From IMG/VR virus record IMGVR_UViG_3300020045_001775, positions 1-33,847 of that record: a stretch of DNA of 33,847 nt. One strand, given 5' to 3'. The DNA comes from a virus (taxonomy: Duplodnaviria; Caudoviricetes). The notes below the pieces were generated by a model. The model was not told the origin of the DNA. It worked only from the letters and a program-made list of their open reading frames with translations, and did not search any database. Positions within the stretch are counted from its first letter, which is position 1. Each line of letters begins with the position of its first letter. A program made the translations under genes and the position numbers. Shown piece after piece: positions 1 through 7,218 of this stretch.

Positions 1-1
1 T

Positions 2-502
2 GGCCCGCGTGTTCGGAATGCCGTATTGCTTCGCCAGACGCGCTGCCAAGCCGCAGAATGCGTCAAGTTGGGGCGTGGTGATAGGATAGGCCCCGGCGCT
101 GAAAGGCCGCTCTGTGGCCCCTGCCATCGCCGCCATGGCTATGCCGACCGATCCGGTGTTACAGTTCAGCGTGTGCGCCGCGTAGGCCCCATCGGTCGTG
201 CTGATGTTATCCTCTGGCTTGCGGATGCCCGGCACAATCGAACCGTCGCCGGCCACGCAGTAATGATAGTGACTGCGCGATAGGGCGTCGACGGAATGTG
301 TCGAAGCCGCCCAATGCAGGATGATGCGTTTCAACCCGCCTGTGCTGGCCGCTGGTGTGGGGATCTGTGCCGCTGGCATAGTGGCAACCATCGCCCGCCA
401 TGCCGCTTCTGTGCGCGGCCCTGCAACGCCATCCGGCGATCCCACGTCATAGCCGCGCGCGGTCAAGTCGCGTTGCACTTGCGCGATGAAGTCTTTGGTC
501 AT
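2..502 (-). CDS. Endolysin: N-terminal peptidoglycan-binding domain + N-acetylmuramoyl-L-alanine amidase (Amidase_2-like); truncated by window edge
   Basis: Not in the ORF track. Manual translation from ATG 502 gives MTKDFIAQVQRDLTARGYDVGSPDGVAGPRTEAAW (PG-binding DGxxGPxT) ... KRIILHW ... HYHY ... AAHTLNCNTGSVGI ... QLDAFCGLAARLAKQYGIP, open to the edge; SD-like AAGGGGA upstream. Confidence 0.85.
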   Translation of the reverse strand, partial: MTKDFIAQVQRDLTARGYDVGSPDGVAGPRTEAAWRAMVATMPAAQIPTPAASTGGLKRIILHWAASTHSVDALSRSHYHYCVAGDGSIVPGIRKPEDNISTTDGAYAAHTLNCNTGSVGIAMAAMAGATERPFSAGAYPITTPQLDAFCGLAARLAKQYGIPNTRA

Positions 503-521
503 GTGGTGATCCCCTTGGTGG

Positions 522-1760
522 TCAGAACCATTCCGTAAAACGCACGGTCTGACCGTCTGTCGGATGATGCAGGAAGCATTCAACCGCCTGCCGATTGACG
601 TATCCATTGCGGTCATGCCAGCTATCGGGCGGTGAAGGGCTGCGCACGGTTTCCACCATGATGTTATCGCCGTCCAAGGCCGGTTGCCCTGTGTTGACCA
701 GCGTCATGCCGATATGGTCTTTTTCGCGTTTGCCCGCCGTCACACCTTGCGCGCGTCTGTTTTTGTGATGCGTGTGGTTGACATACCAATATCGGTGCAG
801 GCACTCCGAAACATGCGACCGCGCCTCTGTCATCATCAGCGGGTAAAGGTCTGTTTCCTTGGCCCCGTCGCCGTGCGTTTCCCCGATCAGGTTCTTGCCA
901 AAGCGATAATATTTCCGGTGACGTTCGCTCAGGCTGTAGTCGGTTGCCGTCACGCGCGGGTCATTCCGAAACCATGTCGCCACATCGTTTGCCAGCGCCC
1001 ATCCCATCAACCAATCGTGGTTGGACGGGATATAGATCAGATCGACGGGCGCGACGGCTGCGCACATTTCAATGACTTTGACGTAACCGGCCTTCGCCGC
1101 TGAATACATCTGCCGGATTGTGCCGTCCGTGTCCTGATATGTGCCGCTTGTCGTAGCGGAACGCGGCCCGTCAACGTGCAGAATGTCATTGCCAAGCGGT
1201 AGCAGAATGCGACCGATACCGTGCGGTTCAGCCTTGCGCAAAAGCGCCCGCGTCCCCTCCACCATGCGATGCACCGCAATATCGCGGTTGTAGGTATAGC
1301 CTGTTTCAGCCTCGACCGACAACTTGCCGACATGCACATCAGCTAGGCCAACTCGCAACAGGTTGCCGCCTGATGGCGCGGGGCGCTCGGGGAATGATGT
1401 GGGCGCGTCGTTTTTCAGATCATCCCATGCCTGCCGGATAAGATCGGCAACAGATAGCGTTTCCGCTATGCCGTCCGCTTTCCACCGCGTTGACCGCCGG
1501 ATAATATCGCCGTCCTTGTCGGTGATAATCCAGCCGCCGGTTGCGGTTGTGCCGTCCAGCCGCGCCGCGTCGATACTTTCCCGTTGGCCCGGTGATGCTT
1601 CGTTGTAAGCCTGCAACGCCTGCCAGCGTCGTTGAAATGTGCAACGGTCCATATCCATTGCCTTGGCCGCGTGTGCGACGATCCCGCCCGCGGCGTGCAT
1701 GGCCTGCGCGATACCGTCAAAGCGCGGATCGTCCGGCCCGTCAAAGCCGGGGTTTGCCAT
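522..1760 (-). CDS. Calcineurin-like metallophosphoesterase with possible N-terminal HTH
   Basis: Motifs ADVHVGK, GNDILH, SNHD, THGD, NHTHH; N-terminal GIVAHAAKAMDMDRCTFQRR is HTH-like; start moved to ATG 1760 (TAATG coupling with upstream stop). Confidence 0.75.
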   Translation of the reverse strand: MANPGFDGPDDPRFDGIAQAMHAAGGIVAHAAKAMDMDRCTFQRRWQALQAYNEASPGQRESIDAARLDGTTATGGWIITDKDGDIIRRSTRWKADGIAETLSVADLIRQAWDDLKNDAPTSFPERPAPSGGNLLRVGLADVHVGKLSVEAETGYTYNRDIAVHRMVEGTRALLRKAEPHGIGRILLPLGNDILHVDGPRSATTSGTYQDTDGTIRQMYSAAKAGYVKVIEMCAAVAPVDLIYIPSNHDWLMGWALANDVATWFRNDPRVTATDYSLSERHRKYYRFGKNLIGETHGDGAKETDLYPLMMTEARSHVSECLHRYWYVNHTHHKNRRAQGVTAGKREKDHIGMTLVNTGQPALDGDNIMVETVRSPSPPDSWHDRNGYVNRQAVECFLHHPTDGQTVRFTEWF

Positions 1761-2458
1761 TACAGGGGCAGCGTTTCTTGCGTTGGCTTCGCAGGCGGCG
1801 CTATGAATAGGTCCGGCTGCCTGTAGGCTTGCTCCACCCGCTTGCAAGCTATGTCGAAATAGTCGGGGTCCAGTTCAATGCCGATGCCCTTGCGGCCCAG
1901 CTTGGCACAGGCGACTAGGGTTGTTCCTGATCCCATGAATGGGTCAAGGATGGTTTGGGCGTTGGGCAGGAAGCCTAAGCACCATTCCATAAGCGCGACG
2001 GGCTTTTGCGTGGGGTGTTGTTTTAGTTCTTCGTTCTTTCCGCCATTGCCAAAAACGCCAAGCGGGGAACGTCGCCAGACCCGGACGGTTGGGGCGCAAT
2101 TCGTCCAAGCTAGTTCGGCTTGCGCTTGCACCATTTCTGCGGCTTTGTCCCAGACTAGCCACCCTTTTTGCGGCGGCATGTGTTCAAAATAGTTGCCGCC
2201 CCAAATGATCGCAGGACAATCCAGAGCGTGGATAAAAGCAACGTCTGCCGCCTTCGCGTCCCAATCCGGCATTCCCTGCCAAAGCCGCCCCTTGCCGCAA
2301 CCTCCTTGCCACCCTGCAGACGTGCCCCAAGACGCCGCAAGTCCATAAGGCGGATCAGTGACAATGGCGTCATAGGTCAGCCCCGCCATTACATCGCGAT
2401 TATTGCCTAAATACAGATCGCAATCCCCAATGCGCTCATGGCGCTGCCAAGCGGTCAT
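1760..2458 (-). CDS. DNA amino-methyltransferase (N6A/N4C, beta class)
   Basis: TDPPYG catalytic motif, HPTQKP, LDPFMGSGTT SAM-binding motif; start at ATG 2458 (ATGA overlap). Confidence 0.92.
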   Translation of the reverse strand: MTAWQRHERIGDCDLYLGNNRDVMAGLTYDAIVTDPPYGLAASWGTSAGWQGGCGKGRLWQGMPDWDAKAADVAFIHALDCPAIIWGGNYFEHMPPQKGWLVWDKAAEMVQAQAELAWTNCAPTVRVWRRSPLGVFGNGGKNEELKQHPTQKPVALMEWCLGFLPNAQTILDPFMGSGTTLVACAKLGRKGIGIELDPDYFDIACKRVEQAYRQPDLFIAPPAKPTQETLPL

Positions 2459-2739
2459 CCGGCAATCCCCGGTGGCGTTGTGACCGTCTCGTAAGATGTG
2501 CCATGCGCCGCAATGCAACTTTCGCCGTCCGGCGTTGTCAGAACCGCCGTCCATGTGCCGCTTGTCGTGTTGGCGTAGACTTCGATCAGGTATCCGTTGT
2601 TATCCAGCGCAACCGACATGCGGCCTTCGCCGTATTGGTCGGCCAGTTGTTCCATCATGGTGTTGTGGGGTGCGCATTGGTTTTGCGCAAAAGCAGGCAC
2701 GGCAAAGCAGGCCGCGAAAACGGCAAAGGCAAGGCGCAT
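2455..2739 (-). CDS. Small secreted protein (signal peptide, two Cys in mature part)
   Basis: MRLAFAVFAACFAVPAFA|Q signal peptide; C...YGE...GTWT...PDGESC pattern; SD AGGAG. Confidence 0.7.
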   Translation of the reverse strand: MRLAFAVFAACFAVPAFAQNQCAPHNTMMEQLADQYGEGRMSVALDNNGYLIEVYANTTSGTWTAVLTTPDGESCIAAHGTSYETVTTPPGIAG

Positions 2740-2749
2740 TGAGTCGCTC

Positions 2750-2956
2750 CTAGATGTCCATGTAGTCCGTTGTGCGGGCGTGTTGATCCGCCGAATGCCG
2801 CGCCATCATCGCCAGCGTATCGCGCAACAGCACATAGGCCCGGATAAATGGCAGCATCTCACCATCGGCAATCAACCGTTGCGGGCTGATCCCGGCTTCC
2901 GCCCGCGCGACAATCTCGTCAGCCAAGGTGGCAACGGCTTCTTGTTCAGGTGTCAT
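2750..2956 (-). CDS. Hypothetical protein, 68 aa
   Basis: MTPEQEAVATLADEIV...; SD-like GGAAAGG upstream of ATG 2956; fills the operon gap. Confidence 0.6.
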   Translation of the reverse strand: MTPEQEAVATLADEIVARAEAGISPQRLIADGEMLPFIRAYVLLRDTLAMMARHSADQHARTTDYMDI

Positions 2957-3101
2957 CGCGGACCTTTCCAAACAGCCCGTAGGCCATGTGTTCGATTAAC
3001 GCCGGGTATTTCTGCGGGGGAAATTCAGCGACCAGAATGCCCCGGTCGTAAATGCGCAATTTGTCGGTGACGGCGTAGCTATATATGTGGCCTTCGGTCA
3101 T
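2946..3101 (-). CDS. Hypothetical protein, 51 aa
   Basis: Below ORF-track cutoff: MTEGHIYSYAVTDKLRIYDRGILVAEFPPQKYPALIEHMAYGLFGKVRDDT; ATGA overlap with upstream gene; GGAGG SD. Confidence 0.6.
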   Translation of the reverse strand: MTEGHIYSYAVTDKLRIYDRGILVAEFPPQKYPALIEHMAYGLFGKVRDDT

Positions 3102-3538
3102 TGCGCCTCCACACGAAACAGCGCGCTTGGCTGTTCAACCTCAAACGTAATTCCGGGGCATGAATAGGTCAAATGCACCCGCAATTCATACGATCCCGGC
3201 GGCATTGTTCGCAGCGTCGGATATGCGTAGTCGAAATACTCAACCCCGGCTGGACCACCCCGCCATTGCGCATCAGGCAAATCATATGCAACGCCGTCTT
3301 GATTGACCGCCGTCCGCTGCGAATAAACCGGGCAATCGTCGCGCGACTTATCCCGCCAAATCCGCACAACGACTTCACCTCCTTGCGCAATCGGGCTGTT
3401 GAGAACCTCAACCCGTTGGAACACGACAGGCACATCACCATTGAACGTGGCAAGCCGGAAACCCTCTGACGCCAGAACGCCCGCAAGCGTTGCCAGCGAT
3501 AGCCAAAGCCAGACCCAAGAACGGCGCGCGACTGTCAT
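3098..3538 (-). CDS. N-terminally membrane-anchored beta-rich protein (possible lysis accessory)
   Basis: MTVARRSWVWLWLSLATLAGVLA TM segment, then beta-strand-like domain with two Cys; ATGA overlap at 3535-3538. Confidence 0.65.
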   Translation of the reverse strand: MTVARRSWVWLWLSLATLAGVLASEGFRLATFNGDVPVVFQRVEVLNSPIAQGGEVVVRIWRDKSRDDCPVYSQRTAVNQDGVAYDLPDAQWRGGPAGVEYFDYAYPTLRTMPPGSYELRVHLTYSCPGITFEVEQPSALFRVEAQ

Positions 3539-3726
3539 TGCGGCCCCCTGAATATCCATGTCGCCAGTGCAATGATGTCCTGACGGAATGCCACCAGCGC
3601 GGCCAACACAGCCGCCGTGCCCGCCGCCCAACGGCGAACGGACGCCCAGAACCATTCGATCCGTTCATCTTGCTTCAAGATGATCCGCAGGCGGGCGATC
3701 TCTTCTGTCGTCAACTGGTCATCCAT
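3535..3726 (-). CDS. Small membrane protein, holin candidate (63 aa)
   Basis: MDDQLTTEEIARLR...WAAGTAAVLAALVAF..IIALATWIF; size and hydrophobicity fit; holin role inferred only. Confidence 0.5.
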   Translation of the reverse strand: MDDQLTTEEIARLRIILKQDERIEWFWASVRRWAAGTAAVLAALVAFRQDIIALATWIFRGPQ

Positions 3727-3731
3727 GCGTC

Positions 3732-4091
3732 TCACCCAATCGCCATGCGGATCATCATTACAACCCACGGATAACGCCATTTCAGGCTGCAAGGCCGCAG
3801 GTCGTCAGGGTCGTCAACCCAATGTTTTGTGCGGTTGTCGATAAACGCGCCTTGATATTCCAGAACCGCGTGACCGTCGCCCCGATCCGTCTTGGCATAC
3901 CAGATATGGGCATCGCCCTTGCGCAAAGCCGCCTTGGCCGCGTCCTTGCTGCCATAGATCGCTTTCAAGATAAGTAGCGAATAGTTTTCACAATCGCCCG
4001 GTGTCGTGAATGACCATTGGTCAAGCCAACCGTCTTTGCGGTATTCCCATGTTTCATTAACATGGCGGGCGGCTTCCTGCGGGGTCATCAT
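3732..4091 (-). CDS. Transglutaminase-like cysteine peptidase (BTLCP / peptidase C93-like)
   Basis: GDCENY ... GHAVL ... FIDN matches the Cys-His-Asp pattern GDCEDY/HAVL/LDN; TGATG coupling. Confidence 0.65.
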   Translation of the reverse strand: MMTPQEAARHVNETWEYRKDGWLDQWSFTTPGDCENYSLLILKAIYGSKDAAKAALRKGDAHIWYAKTDRGDGHAVLEYQGAFIDNRTKHWVDDPDDLRPCSLKWRYPWVVMMIRMAIG

Positions 4092-4378
4092 CAGAATTTG
4101 CCTTCCCAAACACGAAACTGCGAAAACTCACCGGACATCAGCTTGCGTGACAGAAGTTCCTGCATGGCGGGTTTATCATCCCACCGAATGCCAGCATCCC
4201 GCGCCCATTGGGCCAGTAGCGCCATCGGAACGCGCGCAACGTGCTTGTTTTCGCTAAAGCCCGTGTGGCCGTGGCTTCGCAGGTCTGCCGCGCTTTTTAG
4301 GACCGGGGAAAAGTCGTGCGTTTCCTGCACTATGATCTTCGTCCCGTCCTCGGTCACTTTCTCCGCGATCTTGGTCAT
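4091..4378 (-). CDS. Phage hypothetical protein of the capsid-downstream type (95 aa)
   Basis: ...QETHDFSPVL...KHVARVPM...FRVWEGKF resembles small genes following the MCP in this podovirus type; stop coupled to next ATG. Confidence 0.75.
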   Translation of the reverse strand: MTKIAEKVTEDGTKIIVQETHDFSPVLKSAADLRSHGHTGFSENKHVARVPMALLAQWARDAGIRWDDKPAMQELLSRKLMSGEFSQFRVWEGKF

Positions 4379-4520
4379 CTGGCAAAACCTTCAAACGTTG
4401 GCGGGCGGCAAGGCTTTCGACAAATGCAATTTCGTCATTCGTCAGATCAAGCACCGCGCCGCGATAATGTTTCGTCCCGTCCCACATCATATTGTGGTCA
4501 AGCAATTCGCATTTGGGCAT
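4254..4520 (-). CDS. Hypothetical protein with basic KKRGRP C-terminus (88 aa)
   Basis: ATG with purine-rich AAGGGATAGAGA upstream; 3' part overlaps next gene by 125 nt. Confidence 0.55.
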   Translation of the reverse strand: MPKCELLDHNMMWDGTKHYRGAVLDLTNDEIAFVESLAARQRLKVLPDDQDRGESDRGRDEDHSAGNARLFPGPKKRGRPAKPRPHGL

Positions 4521-4538
4521 TCTCTATCCCTTCAAGGT

Positions 4539-4568
4539 TGGGACGCCCCGTTATGGGACGCCCCGTTA
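4539..4568. repeat. Perfect 2 x 15 bp tandem repeat TGGGACGCCCCGTTA that also folds as a hairpin
   Basis: Read directly; minus-strand RNA GGGGCGUCCC-AUAAC-GGGGCGUCCC can pair using G-U pairs. Confidence 0.85.
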
Positions 4569-4570
4569 GT

Positions 4571-5008
4571 TTAGACCGCCGCGCTGAACGGGGTCGCTTC
4601 CGTGCCGGATGCTTCCGAGTAGACCAGAACGGCCCAAACATCAGCGGCGATGTCGTCAACGATGATCCGCGCGCCCTTGTAGCCGCCGGTCGTGGTGCCG
4701 TTCAGGCTGATCGTGTCGGACGTGTCAGCGGTGTAGAAGCAAGAAGCCCCCGCCGCGTCGTTGCCAAGATAGGCAACGCCCATCATGGTGTCGTTGCCGA
4801 CAACCTGCACGGTGTGCGCGCCGGTCGCGTCCGCTGCGAGGATAAACTCGTAACGGTTGCCCGATCCCGTCGCCGCCGGAAGTGTTGCGACAACACCGGC
4901 GGCGCGGTTCAGGACGATCCGACAACCCAGATAGGCATCGGCAGTGATGGTGACTGTGGCGGACGTGACCGTCACAATCCCATAGGTCTGGAAAGAAGGA
5001 GATGGCAT
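4571..5008 (-). CDS. Putative capsid decoration / minor head protein
   Basis: Directly downstream of MCP, SD AGGAGG, Thr/Ala/Gly-rich beta-type sequence (TLPAATGSG..YEF). Confidence 0.65.
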   Translation of the reverse strand: MPSPSFQTYGIVTVTSATVTITADAYLGCRIVLNRAAGVVATLPAATGSGNRYEFILAADATGAHTVQVVGNDTMMGVAYLGNDAAGASCFYTADTSDTISLNGTTTGGYKGARIIVDDIAADVWAVLVYSEASGTEATPFSAAV

Positions 5009-5040
5009 TTCATGCCTCCTATGTTGAATGTTGGGATGGT

Positions 5041-5064
5041 GAAACGGGCGGCGCTAACCGCCCG
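5041..5064 (-). terminator. Hairpin after major capsid gene (weak terminator / mRNA stabiliser)
   Basis: CGGGCGG-6 nt-CCGCCCG stem followed on minus strand by only TTTC. Confidence 0.55.
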
Positions 5065-5070
5065 CTATGG

Positions 5071-6021
5071 TCACGAGGTGGAGCAATCCACAACGCCGCC
5101 GGACGCCTTCTGGTTCTTCGACACCAGCGTCAATTCAGTGATGACCTGACGGCGTTCGTTGTCGCCAACCTTCGCCAGTTCTTCATTGAACGTCGGACGC
5201 AGCAGGGCAACCGCCCACATATCCGATTGCAGAATCCAAACGTCACGGCCCCGGTTTTCGCGCGACGGAACAAACTCCACCTTACCCCAAGGGGTGATGT
5301 AGATGTCCATGGTCTTGCGGACCTGATCCTTCGACGCATCAATCTGCGACCGCTGGTTGTTGTTCCCGGTGAACCCCAGAGCAAGGTTCATCTGAAACGC
5401 CGACAGGTAGACAGTATCGGGACGACCACCGGCCTGCCAGATGTCCTGCATGGTCAGATCAAAGTCAGTCTGGCCGAATGCAGTCTGTGTCCCATCGGTG
5501 CGGGCGTTGGTGCCGTCGCCGGTCGGGTCCGCACCACCACCGCCGACATTGTTGGTGTTGGTCGTGATCCAAGCGCCCATACCGGCCATGCGACGGGCCA
5601 GCACATCAGAACCGGAAACAGCGGCTTGGTTGGCGAAAAGTGCCGCCTCGATGTCCAACTTCTGTTCCTTGGCGATTTTCATCGTCTGATACGCCATTTC
5701 CTTCGCGCGGCCAGCTTTCTTCAAGCCAACATCGGTGCCGGGAATGACAACGGCGTTCTTGAAAATCTGCGTCCGGTTGCCGACACGCGCGGTTGCGGTG
5801 CGGGCGTTTGCAACGGTTTCGTCGCCCTCAATGTGGGCGTTGTCAGCCGATGCACGAAGGGCGTCAGTCTGCCACTCGTGATAGGTGTTTGCCGCCTTGG
5901 TCTTGGCGCAAGCACTGTAGAAGGGGGTTTCTTCCGGGCTGATGTCGTAGATCATATCCGAAAGGTCTTCGCGGATGCCAATCGCATCATACGAAGAGAA
6001 CGTGTTTGCTGTTTGTGCCAT
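5071..6021 (-). CDS. Major capsid protein (SU10/DUF5309-like, HK97 fold)
   Basis: GIREDLSDMIYDISPEETPF, HEWQTD, N.TQIF, KLDIE; follows scaffold; SD TAAGGAG. Confidence 0.92.
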   Translation of the reverse strand: MAQTANTFSSYDAIGIREDLSDMIYDISPEETPFYSACAKTKAANTYHEWQTDALRASADNAHIEGDETVANARTATARVGNRTQIFKNAVVIPGTDVGLKKAGRAKEMAYQTMKIAKEQKLDIEAALFANQAAVSGSDVLARRMAGMGAWITTNTNNVGGGGADPTGDGTNARTDGTQTAFGQTDFDLTMQDIWQAGGRPDTVYLSAFQMNLALGFTGNNNQRSQIDASKDQVRKTMDIYITPWGKVEFVPSRENRGRDVWILQSDMWAVALLRPTFNEELAKVGDNERRQVITELTLVSKNQKASGGVVDCSTS

Positions 6022-6047
6022 CGGTTTATCTCCTTAATGGCCTGTTG

Positions 6048-6983
6048 TCATTTGAGAAGGGCATCGGCCCAGTCGTCTAGGCGACCGGATCGCTTGGCTT
6101 TCTCCACTACCTTTGCGCGGGCAAGCTGTGCGGGCTCAGGGCGACGTGCGACGGTTTTCACAGTCTTGGGGGCCTCGGGCGTTTTCTTCGCCTTGGCCGT
6201 GCTTGACTGCAATTCGCGCCACCGGGCTGCATCGTGCAAAACCTGCACGGCGCGGGCGTCGGTGATCCCCATCAATTCCGCGTCCGTAAAGCCGAAGTCC
6301 TTACCAGCACTAATCAGCTTTGCCTTTGTCTTTGCCGCCGTTTCCGGGTTGGCAAAGTCGGGAATGCGCTGAATCAAATCCGCGGCCTGAGCCTGCAAGT
6401 GTGCAGCCATCGCGGCGTCGTTTGCGCGGCGTGACTGTTCCTGCACGTTCTGGATTTGGAATTGCTGTTGCTGGAATTGGGCGAACTGCGCGTCGTATTG
6501 CGCCTTGGCACGGATGTAGGCCACCGGGTCTTTGTTCGCCAAATCAGGGCTTGGCATCGTCGGGGGACGGATCACGCCTTGATGGTTCAAGGCTTCCGCC
6601 AATTCCATCACTCGCTGCTGTTCCGCTTGAAGTGCCTGATAGGCTTGTTCGGCCTGTTTCTTTGCCGCCGCCGTTTCCTGCATCTTCGCTTGGATGTATG
6701 ACTGGCCGGAAAAATCCCGCTTTAGATCGTCAAGCGTCACCTGAACTTCTTTGCCCGCGACTTTGACGGTAAAGTATTCTGGTTGCTTAGGATCGGCGTC
6801 TTCCGTTTCGTCTTCGTCCGTGTCTTCAACCGGGTCTTCATCCGCCTCATCTGATGCGGCCTCTAACTCGGTTTCTTCGGTGTCGTCGGCCTCGGTCTGT
6901 TCGTCTTCAACAGGTGCCGCTTCCGTCTCGATAGGTGCCAGCAACCGCTCGGCTGCAACGGCAATGGGGTCAGTCGTTTCCAC
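6048..6983 (-). CDS. Capsid scaffolding protein
   Basis: Acidic N-terminus, FTVKVAGKEVQVTLDDL, coiled-coil Q/A-rich middle, D.R.V.VL; lies between portal and MCP; probable GTG start 6983. Confidence 0.85.
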   Translation of the reverse strand: METTDPIAVAAERLLAPIETEAAPVEDEQTEADDTEETELEAASDEADEDPVEDTDEDETEDADPKQPEYFTVKVAGKEVQVTLDDLKRDFSGQSYIQAKMQETAAAKKQAEQAYQALQAEQQRVMELAEALNHQGVIRPPTMPSPDLANKDPVAYIRAKAQYDAQFAQFQQQQFQIQNVQEQSRRANDAAMAAHLQAQAADLIQRIPDFANPETAAKTKAKLISAGKDFGFTDAELMGITDARAVQVLHDAARWRELQSSTAKAKKTPEAPKTVKTVARRPEPAQLARAKVVEKAKRSGRLDDWADALLK

Positions 6984-7218
6984 GGTGCTGATCTTTCTTG
7001 TCTGCGAATGCCTCCGCGTCCAATCGGGCTTGCAAGGCGTTCTTGATTGTCTCGACGGCGCGAACCTTGCGGTGCGCGTCTTCAAGGTCTGCCAATGTGG
7101 CAGCGGGTCGCAGGAATGCCGAAACGGCGTCTTCCTCGATTTCGATCAGGATCGCCGCGAATACGGCGTTATCCATCAGGGCGCGGGCTTCAACCGCGCG
7201 GCGCTTGATGTCAGACAC
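6970..7218 (-). CDS. Small helical protein between portal and scaffold (82 aa)
   Basis: Overlaps both neighbours; RAVEARALMDNAVF pattern; typical position. Confidence 0.75.
   Translation of the reverse strand: MSDIKRRAVEARALMDNAVFAAILIEIEEDAVSAFLRPAATLADLEDAHRKVRAVETIKNALQARLDAEAFADKKDQHRGND

Noticed and set aside
26-538. ORF-track calls 26-283, 207-401 and 296-538
   Set aside because: All overlap the endolysin frame (2-502, minus), which has clear motifs
4539-4568. Repeat as CRISPR or att site
   Set aside because: Only two adjacent 15-bp units with no spacer, and no cas or integrase gene in the window
4316-5149. 277-aa plus-strand ORF
   Set aside because: Arg-rich shadow across well-supported minus-strand genes
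5002-6372. 456-aa plus-strand ORF
   Set aside because: Antisense shadow of the capsid and scaffold genes; no motifs; expected from GC-rich codon bias
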